From positions 512,001-576,000 of the forward strand of contig CBDDCX010000007.1 in NCBI GenBank assembly GCA_965226375.1: a DNA stretch of 64,000 nt. Direction: 5' to 3'. Shown here piece after piece: positions 1 to 10,291 of the stretch (position 1 is its first letter; the number at the start of each line of letters is the position of its first letter). Below the pieces are notes generated by a model. That model had not been told where the DNA came from, made no database searches, and worked only from the letters and a program-made list of their open reading frames with translations. The translations under genes and the position numbers were made by a program. The stretch is from Longimicrobiales bacterium. Its GTDB lineage: Bacteria > Gemmatimonadota > Gemmatimonadetes > Longimicrobiales > Gaopeijiaceae.

Positions 1-1
1 G

Positions 2-529
2 CTACTTTCGGTGCTGGCCCGAATGGGTGGAAGCGTGGAAATCGTCCGCGGCAGAGACCGAACAGGCTCCGCCTCCGATGAGGTCGGAGAGCCTGTCGGG
101 GGACTTCGGGCGACGGCTGCGAGTCTCCGGGCGGTGGAAGTGACGGAACGTGATGTGCCCGCTATGATCGACGAGTTTCCCATACTGGCGGTCGCGGCGG
201 CCCGTGCCTCGGGGGTCACCCGCATTGCCGGCGCTTCTGAGCTGAGGGTGAAGGAGTCCGATCGCATACATGCGCTCGTGGCCAACCTTCGCGCGGTGGG
301 GGTCGAGGTCGAGGAGCTCGAGGACGGGCTCGAGGTTTTGGGGTCGGACCGCCCCTTGAAAGGTTCGGTTTCCAGCCATGACGATCATCGAATTGCCATG
401 GCGTTCGGGGTGCTGGGCGCGCTTCCGGGGAATCGTATCGAGGTGCAGGACACCTCCGTGGTCGACGTCAGCTTTCCCGGATTCTGGGGGATGCTGGATC
501 GCTTGTCCTCCGCGGGAGCAAAGTCGTGA
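2..529 (+). CDS. aroA: 3-phosphoshikimate 1-carboxyvinyltransferase (EPSP synthase), C-terminal part; 5' end lies outside the window
   Basis: Motifs IDEFPILAVAA, ELRVKESDRI, DDHRIAMAF and SFPGF; adjacent to cmk. Confidence 0.95.
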   Translation, partial: LLSVLARMGGSVEIVRGRDRTGSASDEVGEPVGGLRATAASLRAVEVTERDVPAMIDEFPILAVAAARASGVTRIAGASELRVKESDRIHALVANLRAVGVEVEELEDGLEVLGSDRPLKGSVSSHDDHRIAMAFGVLGALPGNRIEVQDTSVVDVSFPGFWGMLDRLSSAGAKS

Positions 530-1227
530 GCAGGCGTGTGAAGGGCGTCCCGGGCCCCGTGATCACTCTCGACGGTCCGGCCGGGTCGGGCAAGACGACT
601 ACGGCCATGGAGCTGGCTCGGCGTCTGGGATTCTGCCACCTGGACTCCGGTGGGCTGTACAGGGCGCTGACGTTCGCGCTGCTCGAGGACGAAATCCCTT
701 CCGCAGAATGGGGTGAATTGACCTCGAAGGACTTGGATGCCCTCGGCGTGCGGGCCGAGCCGGGTGAGGCCCGAGTGGACATCTTCCGGGGGGACAGGGC
801 GCTTACGTCCGAGCTACGTTCTGTGGAGGTGACCGAGCATGTGCCGGTGGTGGCGAGCCTTCCGGCCGTTCGTCAGTGGCTCTTGGGCACCCAGCGTGCA
901 CTCGGCGAGCACGGAAATCTAGTGGCGGACGGTCGGGATATGGGCACCGTCGTTTTCCCTGAAGCCGATCTCAAAGTGTTCCTGGTGGCGGGACTGGAGG
1001 CGCGAGCTCGGCGTCGGCTGTTACAGGACCTCGGAGGAGCTCCGAGCCCCGAAGCGATCACGGCCGAGGCCGGTAGAATCGAGCGTCGGGATCGGACCGA
1101 CAGCGACCGTGAACTCTCTCCTTTGCGTCGCCCAGAAGACGCGTTGGAGGTCGACACGACGACCCTTTCCTTCGAGGAACAAGTATCACTCATCTTGAAG
1201 CGGGTTAAGAACTTGACTGCCCTATAG
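526..1227 (+). CDS. cmk: Cytidylate kinase
   Basis: ITLDGPAGSGKTT P-loop, LDSGGLYR, DGRDMGTVVFPEADLKVFL; aroA-cmk-rpsA order. Confidence 0.95.
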   Translation: MSRRVKGVPGPVITLDGPAGSGKTTTAMELARRLGFCHLDSGGLYRALTFALLEDEIPSAEWGELTSKDLDALGVRAEPGEARVDIFRGDRALTSELRSVEVTEHVPVVASLPAVRQWLLGTQRALGEHGNLVADGRDMGTVVFPEADLKVFLVAGLEARARRRLLQDLGGAPSPEAITAEAGRIERRDRTDSDRELSPLRRPEDALEVDTTTLSFEEQVSLILKRVKNLTAL

Positions 1228-1241
1228 GGCCCCGGTAGCTT
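1213..1241 (+). promoter_or_regulatory. Sigma70-type promoter for rpsA
   Basis: TTGACT-17 nt-TAGCTT, about 125 nt upstream of the rpsA ATG. Confidence 0.6.
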
Positions 1242-1367
1242 CACCTTGCTGGGCCCCAAGCGTCGGGGCCTTCTATCCCTTTTTCAATCACCTCAACCCG
1301 GGCCGTGGCGCTGTAGGCGGGTCCGGCGAGATCAGGCACCGGCTCTTCGAGTCGGTGAAACCGACCA

Positions 1368-3890
1368 ATGACTGACCAAGAAACCCAGAGCTCCGAAAAC
1401 CCCTCCTCCGAAGAACTTCTCGAAGCCGCCACAGACGCTTCAACCGCGGAGGCCCCCGATGAAACGGCCGAGGCTGGCTCCGAAGAATCACCCACATCAG
1501 TTGCCGGCTCCGACGCCGTCGTCGAAGAACCCGAAGCAGCCGACCTTGCCGACGTAGCCGAGCCCGAAGCCGAGGTGGATACGTCCCAAGCGAACGGCGC
1601 CGCCATGGTTGCTATGCCGCTCGGCGCCGACGGGATCTCTCCGGAACTCCACTCGGATCCGTACGGCGAAGAAGAGCTCGACATCTCTTCCGCCGACTTC
1701 GAGGCGCTGCTCTCCGAGCACGCCATTACCATGGGCGACTTCCGTGAAGGGGAGATCGTCAAGGCGAAGGTTCTCCGGGTGACCGATACCATGGTCATCC
1801 TCGAATTCGGCTTCAAGAGTGAGGGGGCCGTAGCACTCGACGAGTTCAAGGACCGTGACAGCATCGAGCCCGGCCAAGAGGTGGAGGTTCTTCTCGAGAG
1901 TCTGGAAGACGATGACGGCATCGTCGTTCTCTCCAAGAAGAAGGCGGACTTCCTGCGGGTATGGGAGAAAATTCGCGAGGCGCACGAGGCGGACGAGCCT
2001 GTCGAGGGTATGCTGACGCGCAAGATCAAGGGTGGAGTTACGGTCGACATCATGGGCGTCGACGCGTTCCTTCCCGGTTCGCAGATCGCTCTTCGCAGGG
2101 TGCCGAACATCGAGGATCTTCTGGGACAGATCTTCGAGTTCAAGATCATCAAGCTCAACAAGCGTCGTCGCAACATCGTGGTGTCGCGCAGGGTGATCCT
2201 CGAGGGAGAGCGCGAGAAGAAGCGCGAGACCTTGGTCAAGGAGTTGCTGGTCGGGCAGGTGCGCGAGGGCGTGGTCAAGAACATCACCGACTTCGGTGCG
2301 TTCATCGATCTGGGCGGACTGGACGGACTCCTGCACATCACCGATATGTCGTGGGGCCGGGTGGGCCACCCGACCGAGGTCGTGGACATCGGGGCCAAGA
2401 TCGACGTGAAGGTGCTGGACATCGATTGGGATCGCGAGCGGATCTCTCTCGGCCTGAAGCAGCTTCTGCCCTATCCCTGGACCGACATCGACAAGAAGTA
2501 CCCGGTCGGTTCGCGGGTCCGTGGAAAAGTCGTTTCGATCACGAACTACGGTGCGTTCATCGAATTGCAAAAAGGTGTCGAGGGACTGGTCCACATCTCC
2601 GAAATGTCGTGGACTCGCAACATCCGACATCCCTCCAAGCTCGTGAACATCGCAGACGAGATCGAAGCGGTGGTGCTGAAAGTGGATCCGAACGACGAGA
2701 AAATCTCGCTCGGCATGAAGCAGATCGAGGAAGATCCGTGGTTGGCGCTCCCCGTGAAGTACCCGACCGGCACGCATCTGGGCGGTACGGTCCGCAACCT
2801 CACTTCGTTCGGCGCCTTCGTCGAGATCGAACCCGGAATCGACGGCCTGGTGCACGTCTCCGACATGAGTTGGACCAAGCGGGTCGAGCACCCCTCCGAG
2901 ATCGTTCAGAAGGGTGACGAGGTACAGGTTCTGGTACTCGACGTCGATGCCGAAGCGAAGCGGATATCCCTGGGTATCAAGCAGCTTCAGGACGACCCGT
3001 GGCCCGTGATCGCCGAGCGATTCTCCGCTGGTGTCGAGCCGGAGGGATCCGTGGCTCGAGTGCAGGAAAAGGGCGTGGTCGTGGACCTGGGTGATGACAT
3101 CGAAGGCTTTTCTCCCACGTCGCACACCGGACTGGATGATGATGCGGTGCTGGGTGAGTACTTCAGACGCGGTGAGCCGCTGAAGCTCAAGGTCATCGAA
3201 TCAGATGCCTCCAATCGGCGTATCGTTCTCGAAATCGGCGAGGTACCGGAGCGGATTGATCTGCCGGAGCCCGAGCCGGAGGAGGCCGAGGCGGAAGCTG
3301 GAGCTCCCGAGGTGGCAGCCGTGACGAGTGATGACTCCAGTGAGGCGGCGTCCGAAGCTGCCGACGAGCCTGAGGCGGAGGTCGAAGACGCCGCCGTCGA
3401 AGCTGCGGAGGCGCCGGCAGAGACCGACGACGAGCCTGAAGAGGCCGCTACCGCTGAAGCTGAGGAGGGGGCCGAGGAGGCTGCCGATGATGCTGAAGAG
3501 GCCGTTGAGGCTGCGGACGAGCCGGCAGAGACCGACGACGAGCCTGAAGAGGCCGCTGCCGCTGAAGCTGAGGAGGGGGCCGAGGAGGCTGCCGATGATG
3601 CTGAAGAGGCCGCTGAAGCTGCGGACGAACCGGCAGAGACCGGCGACGAGCCTGGAGAGGCCGCTGAAGCTGCGGACGAACCGGCAGAGACCAGCGACGA
3701 GCCTGAAGAGGCCGTTGAAGCTGCGGACGAGCCGGTAGAGACCGACGACGAGCCTGAAGAGGCCGCTGCCGCTGAAGCTGAGGAGGGAGCCGAGGAGGCT
3801 GCCGCCGAAGCTGACGAGGAGGGTGACTCCGCCGAAGAGGTAGAGGAGCCTGCCGAAGAGGCCGAGGAAGAGACCAAAGAAGAGGCTTGA
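1368..3890 (+). CDS. rpsA: 30S ribosomal protein S1 with long acidic N- and C-terminal extensions
   Basis: Repeated S1 domains (VKNITDFGAFIDLGGLDGLLHITDMSW, NYGAFIEL..GVEGLVHISEMSW); 840 aa. Confidence 0.96.
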   Translation: MTDQETQSSENPSSEELLEAATDASTAEAPDETAEAGSEESPTSVAGSDAVVEEPEAADLADVAEPEAEVDTSQANGAAMVAMPLGADGISPELHSDPYGEEELDISSADFEALLSEHAITMGDFREGEIVKAKVLRVTDTMVILEFGFKSEGAVALDEFKDRDSIEPGQEVEVLLESLEDDDGIVVLSKKKADFLRVWEKIREAHEADEPVEGMLTRKIKGGVTVDIMGVDAFLPGSQIALRRVPNIEDLLGQIFEFKIIKLNKRRRNIVVSRRVILEGEREKKRETLVKELLVGQVREGVVKNITDFGAFIDLGGLDGLLHITDMSWGRVGHPTEVVDIGAKIDVKVLDIDWDRERISLGLKQLLPYPWTDIDKKYPVGSRVRGKVVSITNYGAFIELQKGVEGLVHISEMSWTRNIRHPSKLVNIADEIEAVVLKVDPNDEKISLGMKQIEEDPWLALPVKYPTGTHLGGTVRNLTSFGAFVEIEPGIDGLVHVSDMSWTKRVEHPSEIVQKGDEVQVLVLDVDAEAKRISLGIKQLQDDPWPVIAERFSAGVEPEGSVARVQEKGVVVDLGDDIEGFSPTSHTGLDDDAVLGEYFRRGEPLKLKVIESDASNRRIVLEIGEVPERIDLPEPEPEEAEAEAGAPEVAAVTSDDSSEAASEAADEPEAEVEDAAVEAAEAPAETDDEPEEAATAEAEEGAEEAADDAEEAVEAADEPAETDDEPEEAAAAEAEEGAEEAADDAEEAAEAADEPAETGDEPGEAAEAADEPAETSDEPEEAVEAADEPVETDDEPEEAAAAEAEEGAEEAAAEADEEGDSAEEVEEPAEEAEEETKEEA
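3414..3810 (+). repeat. In-frame coding tandem repeat in the rpsA tail (108-, 108-, 51-, 51-nt units plus a partial unit)
   Basis: CCGGYAGAGACC recurs at 3414, 3522, 3630, 3681 and 3732, encoding PAETDDEPEEAA-type units. Confidence 0.9.
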
Positions 3891-3920
3891 GGGAGGGCCG
3901 TCCATGGATTGCCTCGACGT

Positions 3921-4060
3921 GAAAGCCCGGATGCCTTTGGTGTCCGGGCTTTCTGGTTTTCTCAGCATGGTGATTAGCCGGACACCCTCGGTGTCCGGGC
4001 TTTCTGTTGTCCTGAGCCGGGTGACTAGCCGGACACCGTTGGTGTCCGGGCTTTTCGTTT
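3921..4060 (+). terminator. Three tandem terminator-like hairpins with 51-nt period downstream of rpsA
   Basis: GCCCGGATGCC-TTT-GGTGTCCGGGC, CCGGACACC-CTC-GGTGTCCGG and CCGGACACC-GTT-GGTGTCCGG, each followed by a T-rich run. Confidence 0.75.
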
Positions 4061-5919
4061 GCCTGAGCGTCGTCGTCCTCGCGTGTTCTACTGTAGGGGC
4101 GGCGGTCGATACCGAGTCGGGCCCGACCGATCCGGCGCTCGAGGCGGGATCGATCAGCTCGGCCGATCAGGCGGAGTCCGACCGTCTCCTTGCCGAGGCC
4201 CAGGCTGCTCTGGATGCGGGGAACTTCGTGCGGGCCGAGGAGTTGGCCCTCGAGGTGGAAGCTTCATATGCGACCGCAAGGGGAAGCTCTCGGGCGCTGG
4301 TGATCCGCGCTCAAGCGTCCGAAGCGACCGGCAAGCCCGATGAAGCCTTGGCGGCGGTCCGCCGGTTCCGCACCTACCTGCCGGAGGATGACGACCGTCG
4401 ACCGGCCATGACGATCCGGGAAGGGGACCTCCTGGAGGCCCTGGGGCGACCTACGCAGGCCATGGAGGCGTGGTTGAGCGCGCCGACCGGAAGCGGCGAT
4501 GACGCTGTATTCGAACGCGTCTCCGGGCGCGTGGCAGAATTCTCCCAGGTCGATCTCGCACGACTGGCGGAGACCGGTGGTGCCCACGTGTCACCGGTTT
4601 TGGCGGAGTTGGCATTGAAGCAGTACGCAGCGGGCGCGGGAGCGGACGCTCAAACCTCCGCCCGCCAGGCTCTCGAGGCGGGGGCCACGGGTCGGGCGCG
4701 GCGGATCGCCGAGGGAGTCCTATCAGGCGACATGACCGAGTTTCTCACGGCTCCGGGCATCGGTGCGATACTCCCCACGAGTGGATCTCCTCGGCTGCGG
4801 GAGTTCTCCGAGCTGATTCAGGAAGGGATGCGAATCGCGCTCGAGCAGTTCGGTCAGGCCGAAGGGAATCGTGCGGCCGCCGAGTTGGTCATCCAGGACA
4901 ACAGGGGGGTCGTCGGGAATGCGACCCGACTTCTGGCGGCCCTCGATTCCGCGAACGCCCTCGGGGTCGTCGGTCCGCTACAAGACGGAGCGCTCGCTGA
5001 TGTGGCCCGTCAACGGCAGGGTCTGCTGGCCATGATCTCGCCCACGGCACCCATCGTTCCGGAAGGCGTCGAGGGGGTCTACTCTCTCGCCGGGGACGAT
5101 CCGGGAGCCTCACAGGCGCTTGCCCGCTACGCCATGGACAGCGATCTGCAGACCGCCGTGGTCATGTACCCAGAGAGCCGCGACGCGACGTTCGAGGCCC
5201 GATCGTTCGTAGAGGCGTTCGAGTCGCTGGGCGGTTCGGTTCTGCGTGAATTCGTGTATCCGGCGGGCGCCACGTTCTTTGGGGAGCAACTCCAAGAGAT
5301 CGACTCTCTTCGTCCCGCGGTTCTGGTGCTGCCTCTGCCGGAAAGAGACGTCGAACTGATGGCCCCCCAGGTGACCTTTTACGGACTCGACTCCCTCGAG
5401 ATCAGGGTTCTGGGCACCGCGGGGTGGACGGACGAAGAAATGCTGGCTAGGGTGGCTACCCGACATACCGACGGGGTCGTGGCGGCGTCCCCTCAGCCGC
5501 CTGATGGCGAATCCGCGGGGTATCGCCGCTTCGTGGACGCCTATGAGGCGTATCACCAGCGCACGCTGCCCAGCACGGTCCCGGCGTTGGGCTACGATGC
5601 GGCGGCCCTTCTACTCGAGGGTATCCGACTGGGGGCGAATACACCCGCGCAGCTTCTGGCCAATCTCGAGAACATATCGCAATGGCCTGGGGCCACGGGG
5701 GTCTTTTCCATCGAAGACGGGCGTGTGGTGCGGGAGCACTTCGTCATATGTCTCCAGGACCGGCGAGTTCGAGTCATGCCGGACAGGGCGCGAGCCGAGC
5801 CGATTCTGTTGCCACCGCTCCCTGACCCGGAGACGGACTCGATTCCTGAGGACGCACCGGATCGAATCGTGGGGTTTCGCTGTCCCACCGTCTCGCCTAC
5901 AGTCCCGCCCGGGCGCTAA
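4021..5919 (+). CDS. LpoA/LppC-like lipoprotein (TPR-like helices plus periplasmic-binding-protein fold); start uncertain, ORF open from 3904
   Basis: Lipobox-like VLAC after a hydrophobic stretch; IGAILPTSG, VVGPL and ALGYDAA motifs. Confidence 0.7.
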   Translation: MTSRTPLVSGLFVCLSVVVLACSTVGAAVDTESGPTDPALEAGSISSADQAESDRLLAEAQAALDAGNFVRAEELALEVEASYATARGSSRALVIRAQASEATGKPDEALAAVRRFRTYLPEDDDRRPAMTIREGDLLEALGRPTQAMEAWLSAPTGSGDDAVFERVSGRVAEFSQVDLARLAETGGAHVSPVLAELALKQYAAGAGADAQTSARQALEAGATGRARRIAEGVLSGDMTEFLTAPGIGAILPTSGSPRLREFSELIQEGMRIALEQFGQAEGNRAAAELVIQDNRGVVGNATRLLAALDSANALGVVGPLQDGALADVARQRQGLLAMISPTAPIVPEGVEGVYSLAGDDPGASQALARYAMDSDLQTAVVMYPESRDATFEARSFVEAFESLGGSVLREFVYPAGATFFGEQLQEIDSLRPAVLVLPLPERDVELMAPQVTFYGLDSLEIRVLGTAGWTDEEMLARVATRHTDGVVAASPQPPDGESAGYRRFVDAYEAYHQRTLPSTVPALGYDAAALLLEGIRLGANTPAQLLANLENISQWPGATGVFSIEDGRVVREHFVICLQDRRVRVMPDRARAEPILLPPLPDPETDSIPEDAPDRIVGFRCPTVSPTVPPGR

Positions 5920-5970
5920 CCTTACCAGCGGTAGTACTTCGACGGCCTTCGAGAGGAGAAAGAACAACGG

Positions 5971-7521
5971 ATGTCGATGGAGGAGAAGCTTGCGCGTCTG
6001 CAGGAGCTCGGTAGAGAGGCGACGCTCGGTGGCGGCGAGGCCCGCCAGGCCGCGCAGAAAGAACGCGGCAAACTATCGGCTCGGCAGCGGATCGATCTGC
6101 TCCTGGACGAAGACTCGTTCGTGGAGCTCGACCGCTTCGTAACACACCGTTCTACCGACTTCGGTCTTGCCGACAAGCGAATTCTCGGCGATGGCGTGGT
6201 GACGGGGTACGGGACGATTCACGGGCGCCTCGTGTACGCCTTCTCCCAGGACTTTACCGTTTTCGGGGGCTCGCTGTCGGAGGCTCACGCCGAAAAAATC
6301 GTGAAACTTCAGGAGATGTCCCTGAAGAACGGAGCGCCGCTCATCGGGCTGAACGACTCGGGGGGCGCCCGTATTCAGGAGGGAGTGGTCTCGCTGGGTG
6401 GGTACGCCGACATCTTCTTGAGAAACACTTTAGCGTCCGGTGTCATCCCCCAAATCAGCGTCGTCCTGGGTCCCTGCGCCGGCGGTGCCGTCTATTCTCC
6501 GGCCATCACGGACTTCGTATACATGGTCCGCGGCGTCAGCTACATGTTCGTCACCGGCCCCAACGTAGTGAAGACGGTGACCCACGAAGACGTGGATATG
6601 GAAGGCCTGGGGGGAGCCGACGTCCATGGGTCGACCTCGGGGGTCGCCCATTTTGTGCACGATTCAGAGCCCGAATGCCTCGGGGCCGTGCGGGACCTCA
6701 TGGCCTTCCTTCCGCAGAACAACACCGAGCTGTCACCCTCTCGAGAGACGTCCGATCCACACGATCGTAGAGACGAGAAATTACTTGAGATCGTACCAGA
6801 TAACCCCAATAAGCCATACGATATACATGATGTCATAAGTCGGGTTGTGGACGACGGCGAGTTCTACGAGGTCCACGAGCTGTTCGCCCGGAATCTCACG
6901 GTCGGGTTCGCACACATCGGGGGCCATGCTGTGGGTGTGATCGCGAATCAGCCTGCGGTACTGGCAGGGGTCCTCGACATCGATTCATCTGTGAAAGGCG
7001 CACGGTTCGTTCGGTTTTGCGACGCCTTCAACATTCCGCTCATCGTCTTCGAGGACGTGCCCGGGTTCCTGCCCGGTGTAGGGCAGGAGCACGGCGGGAT
7101 CATCCGGCACGGGGCCAAGCTGCTCTACGCCTTCTCCGAGGCTACCGTGCCCAAGATCACGGTAATTACGCGTAAGGCCTACGGCGGCGCCTATGACGTC
7201 ATGAACTCGAAGCACGTTCGGGGAGACATCAACCTCGCCTGGCCTACGGCCGAGATCGCCGTCATGGGCCCAAAGGGTGCCGTGGAGGTGATGTTCCGGA
7301 AGGAGATCGCCGAATCTGATGACCCGGAGGGCGCCACGGACGCCCGTATCGAGGAGTATCGCGAGCAGTTTGCCCATCCCTACATCGCAGCGGCTCGCGG
7401 ATACATCGACGACGTCATAGACCCCCGCGACACGCGGCTCCGGCTCATCAGCTCTCTTGACATGCTCCGCAACAAGCGCGATGAGAACCCGCGCAAGAAA
7501 CACGGCAACCTCCCGCTCTAG
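5971..7521 (+). CDS. pccB: Propionyl-CoA/acyl-CoA carboxylase carboxyltransferase (beta) subunit
   Basis: [53 protein letters not shown]. Confidence 0.92.
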   Translation: MSMEEKLARLQELGREATLGGGEARQAAQKERGKLSARQRIDLLLDEDSFVELDRFVTHRSTDFGLADKRILGDGVVTGYGTIHGRLVYAFSQDFTVFGGSLSEAHAEKIVKLQEMSLKNGAPLIGLNDSGGARIQEGVVSLGGYADIFLRNTLASGVIPQISVVLGPCAGGAVYSPAITDFVYMVRGVSYMFVTGPNVVKTVTHEDVDMEGLGGADVHGSTSGVAHFVHDSEPECLGAVRDLMAFLPQNNTELSPSRETSDPHDRRDEKLLEIVPDNPNKPYDIHDVISRVVDDGEFYEVHELFARNLTVGFAHIGGHAVGVIANQPAVLAGVLDIDSSVKGARFVRFCDAFNIPLIVFEDVPGFLPGVGQEHGGIIRHGAKLLYAFSEATVPKITVITRKAYGGAYDVMNSKHVRGDINLAWPTAEIAVMGPKGAVEVMFRKEIAESDDPEGATDARIEEYREQFAHPYIAAARGYIDDVIDPRDTRLRLISSLDMLRNKRDENPRKKHGNLPL

Positions 7522-7606
7522 GCAACGCTCGCCACCATCATCCGCATCACAGGGTGGACTGCGAGCGACCGGCTCGGACGTGAGGACCAAACGGGAGGTA
7601 AGGACG

Positions 7607-8596
7607 GTGAAGCTGGATAACACGATGAGGTGGCTGACCGCGGTCGCGCTGGCTCTCACGGCAATGCCCGCGGGCACCGAGGCACAAGACAGAGAGTGGG
7701 AGATGAGACGCGGTTCGACATTTACGATGCCGCACATGTTCGTACAGAGCGCCTCCAGGGCCCGCTTGGGCCTCTACCTCGATGCTCGGCAATCCAGGCG
7801 TTACGACGACCAGGGAGCCTTGATCACCGACGTCATGCACGGATCACCGGCAGAGGATGCCGGGCTGCGAGACGGGGATATCATCACGGCTTTCGATCGG
7901 CAGTTCTTGATTGAACCCCTGCCTGACGCCGCAATGGAGGACGAGCTGGATCGTGACGAGTCGCTTCCGGCACAGCGGGTGCTGGCGTTGGCTCGTGAAG
8001 TCGAGCCCGGGCAGACCGTCGAGATTCAATACATTCGGGACGGTGAGTCCCATTCCGTCGAGATCGTCGCCGAGGAGTTCGATTTCCCCCGCGTGATGAC
8101 CTTCGGAAACGGGAGCGGGAACTGGGATGGTGGGAACTGGACGTTCGACATGGATGAGGGTCACATCGAGGTGAGGGCCGAGGAGATGGCCGAGGAGATG
8201 GCCGAGCGCATGAAGCACCTGGAGGGTCGTCTGGGTGACGGGCGTGGCTTCTCGGGATTGTACTCATTCTTCGGTAATGACTGCCCGGGATCCAGGAGTT
8301 CATGGGGCAGCGATACGAGAGGCTGTGCCGCGGGAGTGGAGTTCCGCGAGCTCAATCCGCGTCTCGGCGAATACTTCGATGCGGACAGTGGCGTCCTGGT
8401 CATCGATGTGGACGAGGATTCGGCTCTGGGCCTCATGCCGGGTGACGTCGTCATGGCGGTGGGGGCTCGCGAGGTCGACACCGTCGATCGGGTCCGTCGC
8501 CTCATCAACTCGTACGAGGAAGACGAGCCCATCCGCATGACCATCATGCGCAAGGGTACCGAACAGGTCATTGAGGGCTCATTGGTACCGTACTAG
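7607..8596 (+). CDS. Secreted protein with two PDZ domains
   Basis: GGAGG RBS before GTG; signal peptide; GALITDVMHGSPAEDAGLRDGDII and GVLVIDV..GLMPGDVVMAVG. Confidence 0.8.
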   Translation: MKLDNTMRWLTAVALALTAMPAGTEAQDREWEMRRGSTFTMPHMFVQSASRARLGLYLDARQSRRYDDQGALITDVMHGSPAEDAGLRDGDIITAFDRQFLIEPLPDAAMEDELDRDESLPAQRVLALAREVEPGQTVEIQYIRDGESHSVEIVAEEFDFPRVMTFGNGSGNWDGGNWTFDMDEGHIEVRAEEMAEEMAERMKHLEGRLGDGRGFSGLYSFFGNDCPGSRSSWGSDTRGCAAGVEFRELNPRLGEYFDADSGVLVIDVDEDSALGLMPGDVVMAVGAREVDTVDRVRRLINSYEEDEPIRMTIMRKGTEQVIEGSLVPY

Positions 8597-8623
8597 AAGG
8601 CTCTTCGAGCCAAGCGGAACATC

Positions 8624-8665
8624 AAGCCGGGGCAGGCGCGTCGACGCCTGCCCCGGCTTTGTATT
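8624..8665 (+). terminator. Intrinsic terminator
   Basis: 15-bp stem AAGCCGGGGCAGGCG/CGCCTGCCCCGGCTT followed by a T-rich tail. Confidence 0.75.
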
Positions 8666-8797
8666 CTTCCAGCGTGTCTTCAATCAGCCTTCTAGGGTTT
8701 ACACTCCCCACGCCCACCGCCAAACTTCTCGTGCTGTCCCTTGTCAGGGATGCCTTCCACGGCCTCTCGACCTCCTCGACAACCGAAGCCCCACTTC

Positions 8798-10291
8798 ATG
8801 TTCGACACCGTCCTCGTGGCCAATCGTGGCGAGATCGCCGTCCGGATCATTCGGGCGTGCCGCGAGATGGGTCTACGCTCCGTGGCCGTCTACTCGGAGG
8901 CGGACCGGCTCGCCCCCCATGTGCTTTATGCAGACGAGGCCTACCCGGTGGGGCCGGCGCCGTCAGCGGAGAGTTATCTGCGTGGGGATCGTCTGGTTGA
9001 AGTCGCCCGCGAGACAGGAGCCGGGGCGGTCCACCCCGGCTACGGATTCCTGGCGGAGCGAGCGTCCTTCGCGTCTCAGGTGGAAGAGGCGGGTCTGGTC
9101 TTCATCGGTCCACGGCCGGAGACCATCGATGCCATGGGCGACAAGACTGAAGCCCGTCGTAGGATGCAAGCCGCCGGCGTCTCGATCGTTCCGGGCGGCA
9201 TCGACCCCGTGTCTGACGCCGTCGAGGCGGCGGCCGTGGCTCTGGAGATCGGATTTCCGCTGCTGCTCAAGGCCGCCGCTGGGGGCGGGGGAAAAGGGAT
9301 GCGGATCGTCGACAGCGCCGATGCGGTCCACGGTGCTTTCGAGGCGGCTACGAGAGAGGCCGTAGCCGCCTTCGGGGACGGCTCCATCTACCTCGAGAAG
9401 TACCTCGCTCATCCGCGCCACATCGAGATTCAGATCCTGGGGGACAGCTCGGGGCGGGTGGTCCATCTCGGCGAGCGCGAGTGCTCCATCCAACGACGTC
9501 ATCAGAAGCTCATCGAAGAGGCGCCTTCGGCGCTACTCACCACCCAGGAGCGGGCGTCCATGGGTGAGGCGGCCGTGCAGGCCGCCAGAGCCGTCGACTA
9601 CCGGGGCGCGGGCACGGTGGAGTTTCTGTACAGCGACGGCCAGTTCTACTTCCTGGAGATGAACACACGGATCCAGGTGGAGCATCCCGTTACAGAGTGG
9701 GTGACGGGCATCGATCTGGTGCAGTGGCAGATCCGGATCGCTCGGGGTGAGGAGCTCGATTTCGAGCAAGACGACGTGTCGCTCACCGGGCACTCCATCG
9801 AGTGCCGAATCACGAGTGAGGATCCCCGGAACGGATTTCTCCCGTCCATCGGACGGGTGGACCGCCTAGACGTACCGGATGGGCCGGGCATTCGCTGGGA
9901 CGGGGGAATTCGGGAAGGCTTCGAGGTGGGTCTCCACTACGATCCGTTGCTGGCCAAACTCATCGTGCATGCGCGCACCCGAGAAGAGGCGATCGATCGC
10001 ATGGGCAGGGCTCTCGATGAGCTGGTGATCGTCGGAATCGAGACGAGTGCCTCGTTCCATCGAGGTGTGATGGATGAAGAGGACTTCCGGGCTGGCCGGC
10101 TCAGCACCGCGTATCTGGAGGAGCACCCCGAGTTGCTGGACGCCGGTGACGAAGGTCTTCGGATCTCCGCGGTGGCCGCTGCCGTGCTCGAGCACCAGGC
10201 GCGCCAGAGCGCCGGGTTGTCCCGGATAGGCGGCGGCGATGGCGTGGGGTTGTCACCGTGGCGCGCTTCGGGTTGGCCGTGGACGAGTTGA
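8798..10291 (+). CDS. accC: Biotin carboxylase subunit of acyl-CoA carboxylase
   Basis: VLVANRGEIAVRIIRAC, HPGYGFLAE, GGGGKGMR, ERECSIQRRHQK, EMNTRIQVEHPVTE. Confidence 0.93.
   Translation: MFDTVLVANRGEIAVRIIRACREMGLRSVAVYSEADRLAPHVLYADEAYPVGPAPSAESYLRGDRLVEVARETGAGAVHPGYGFLAERASFASQVEEAGLVFIGPRPETIDAMGDKTEARRRMQAAGVSIVPGGIDPVSDAVEAAAVALEIGFPLLLKAAAGGGGKGMRIVDSADAVHGAFEAATREAVAAFGDGSIYLEKYLAHPRHIEIQILGDSSGRVVHLGERECSIQRRHQKLIEEAPSALLTTQERASMGEAAVQAARAVDYRGAGTVEFLYSDGQFYFLEMNTRIQVEHPVTEWVTGIDLVQWQIRIARGEELDFEQDDVSLTGHSIECRITSEDPRNGFLPSIGRVDRLDVPDGPGIRWDGGIREGFEVGLHYDPLLAKLIVHARTREEAIDRMGRALDELVIVGIETSASFHRGVMDEEDFRAGRLSTAYLEEHPELLDAGDEGLRISAVAAAVLEHQARQSAGLSRIGGGDGVGLSPWRASGWPWTS

Noticed and set aside
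2987..3968. Long antisense ORFs over the rpsA tail, and many similar shadow ORFs
   Set aside because: These are low-complexity or GC-driven open frames opposite well-supported genes.
3921..4060. Mini-CRISPR (palindromic repeats with a regular period)
   Set aside because: The intervening segments are short and similar to each other and the repeats are degenerate; a tandem duplication of a terminator explains it better.
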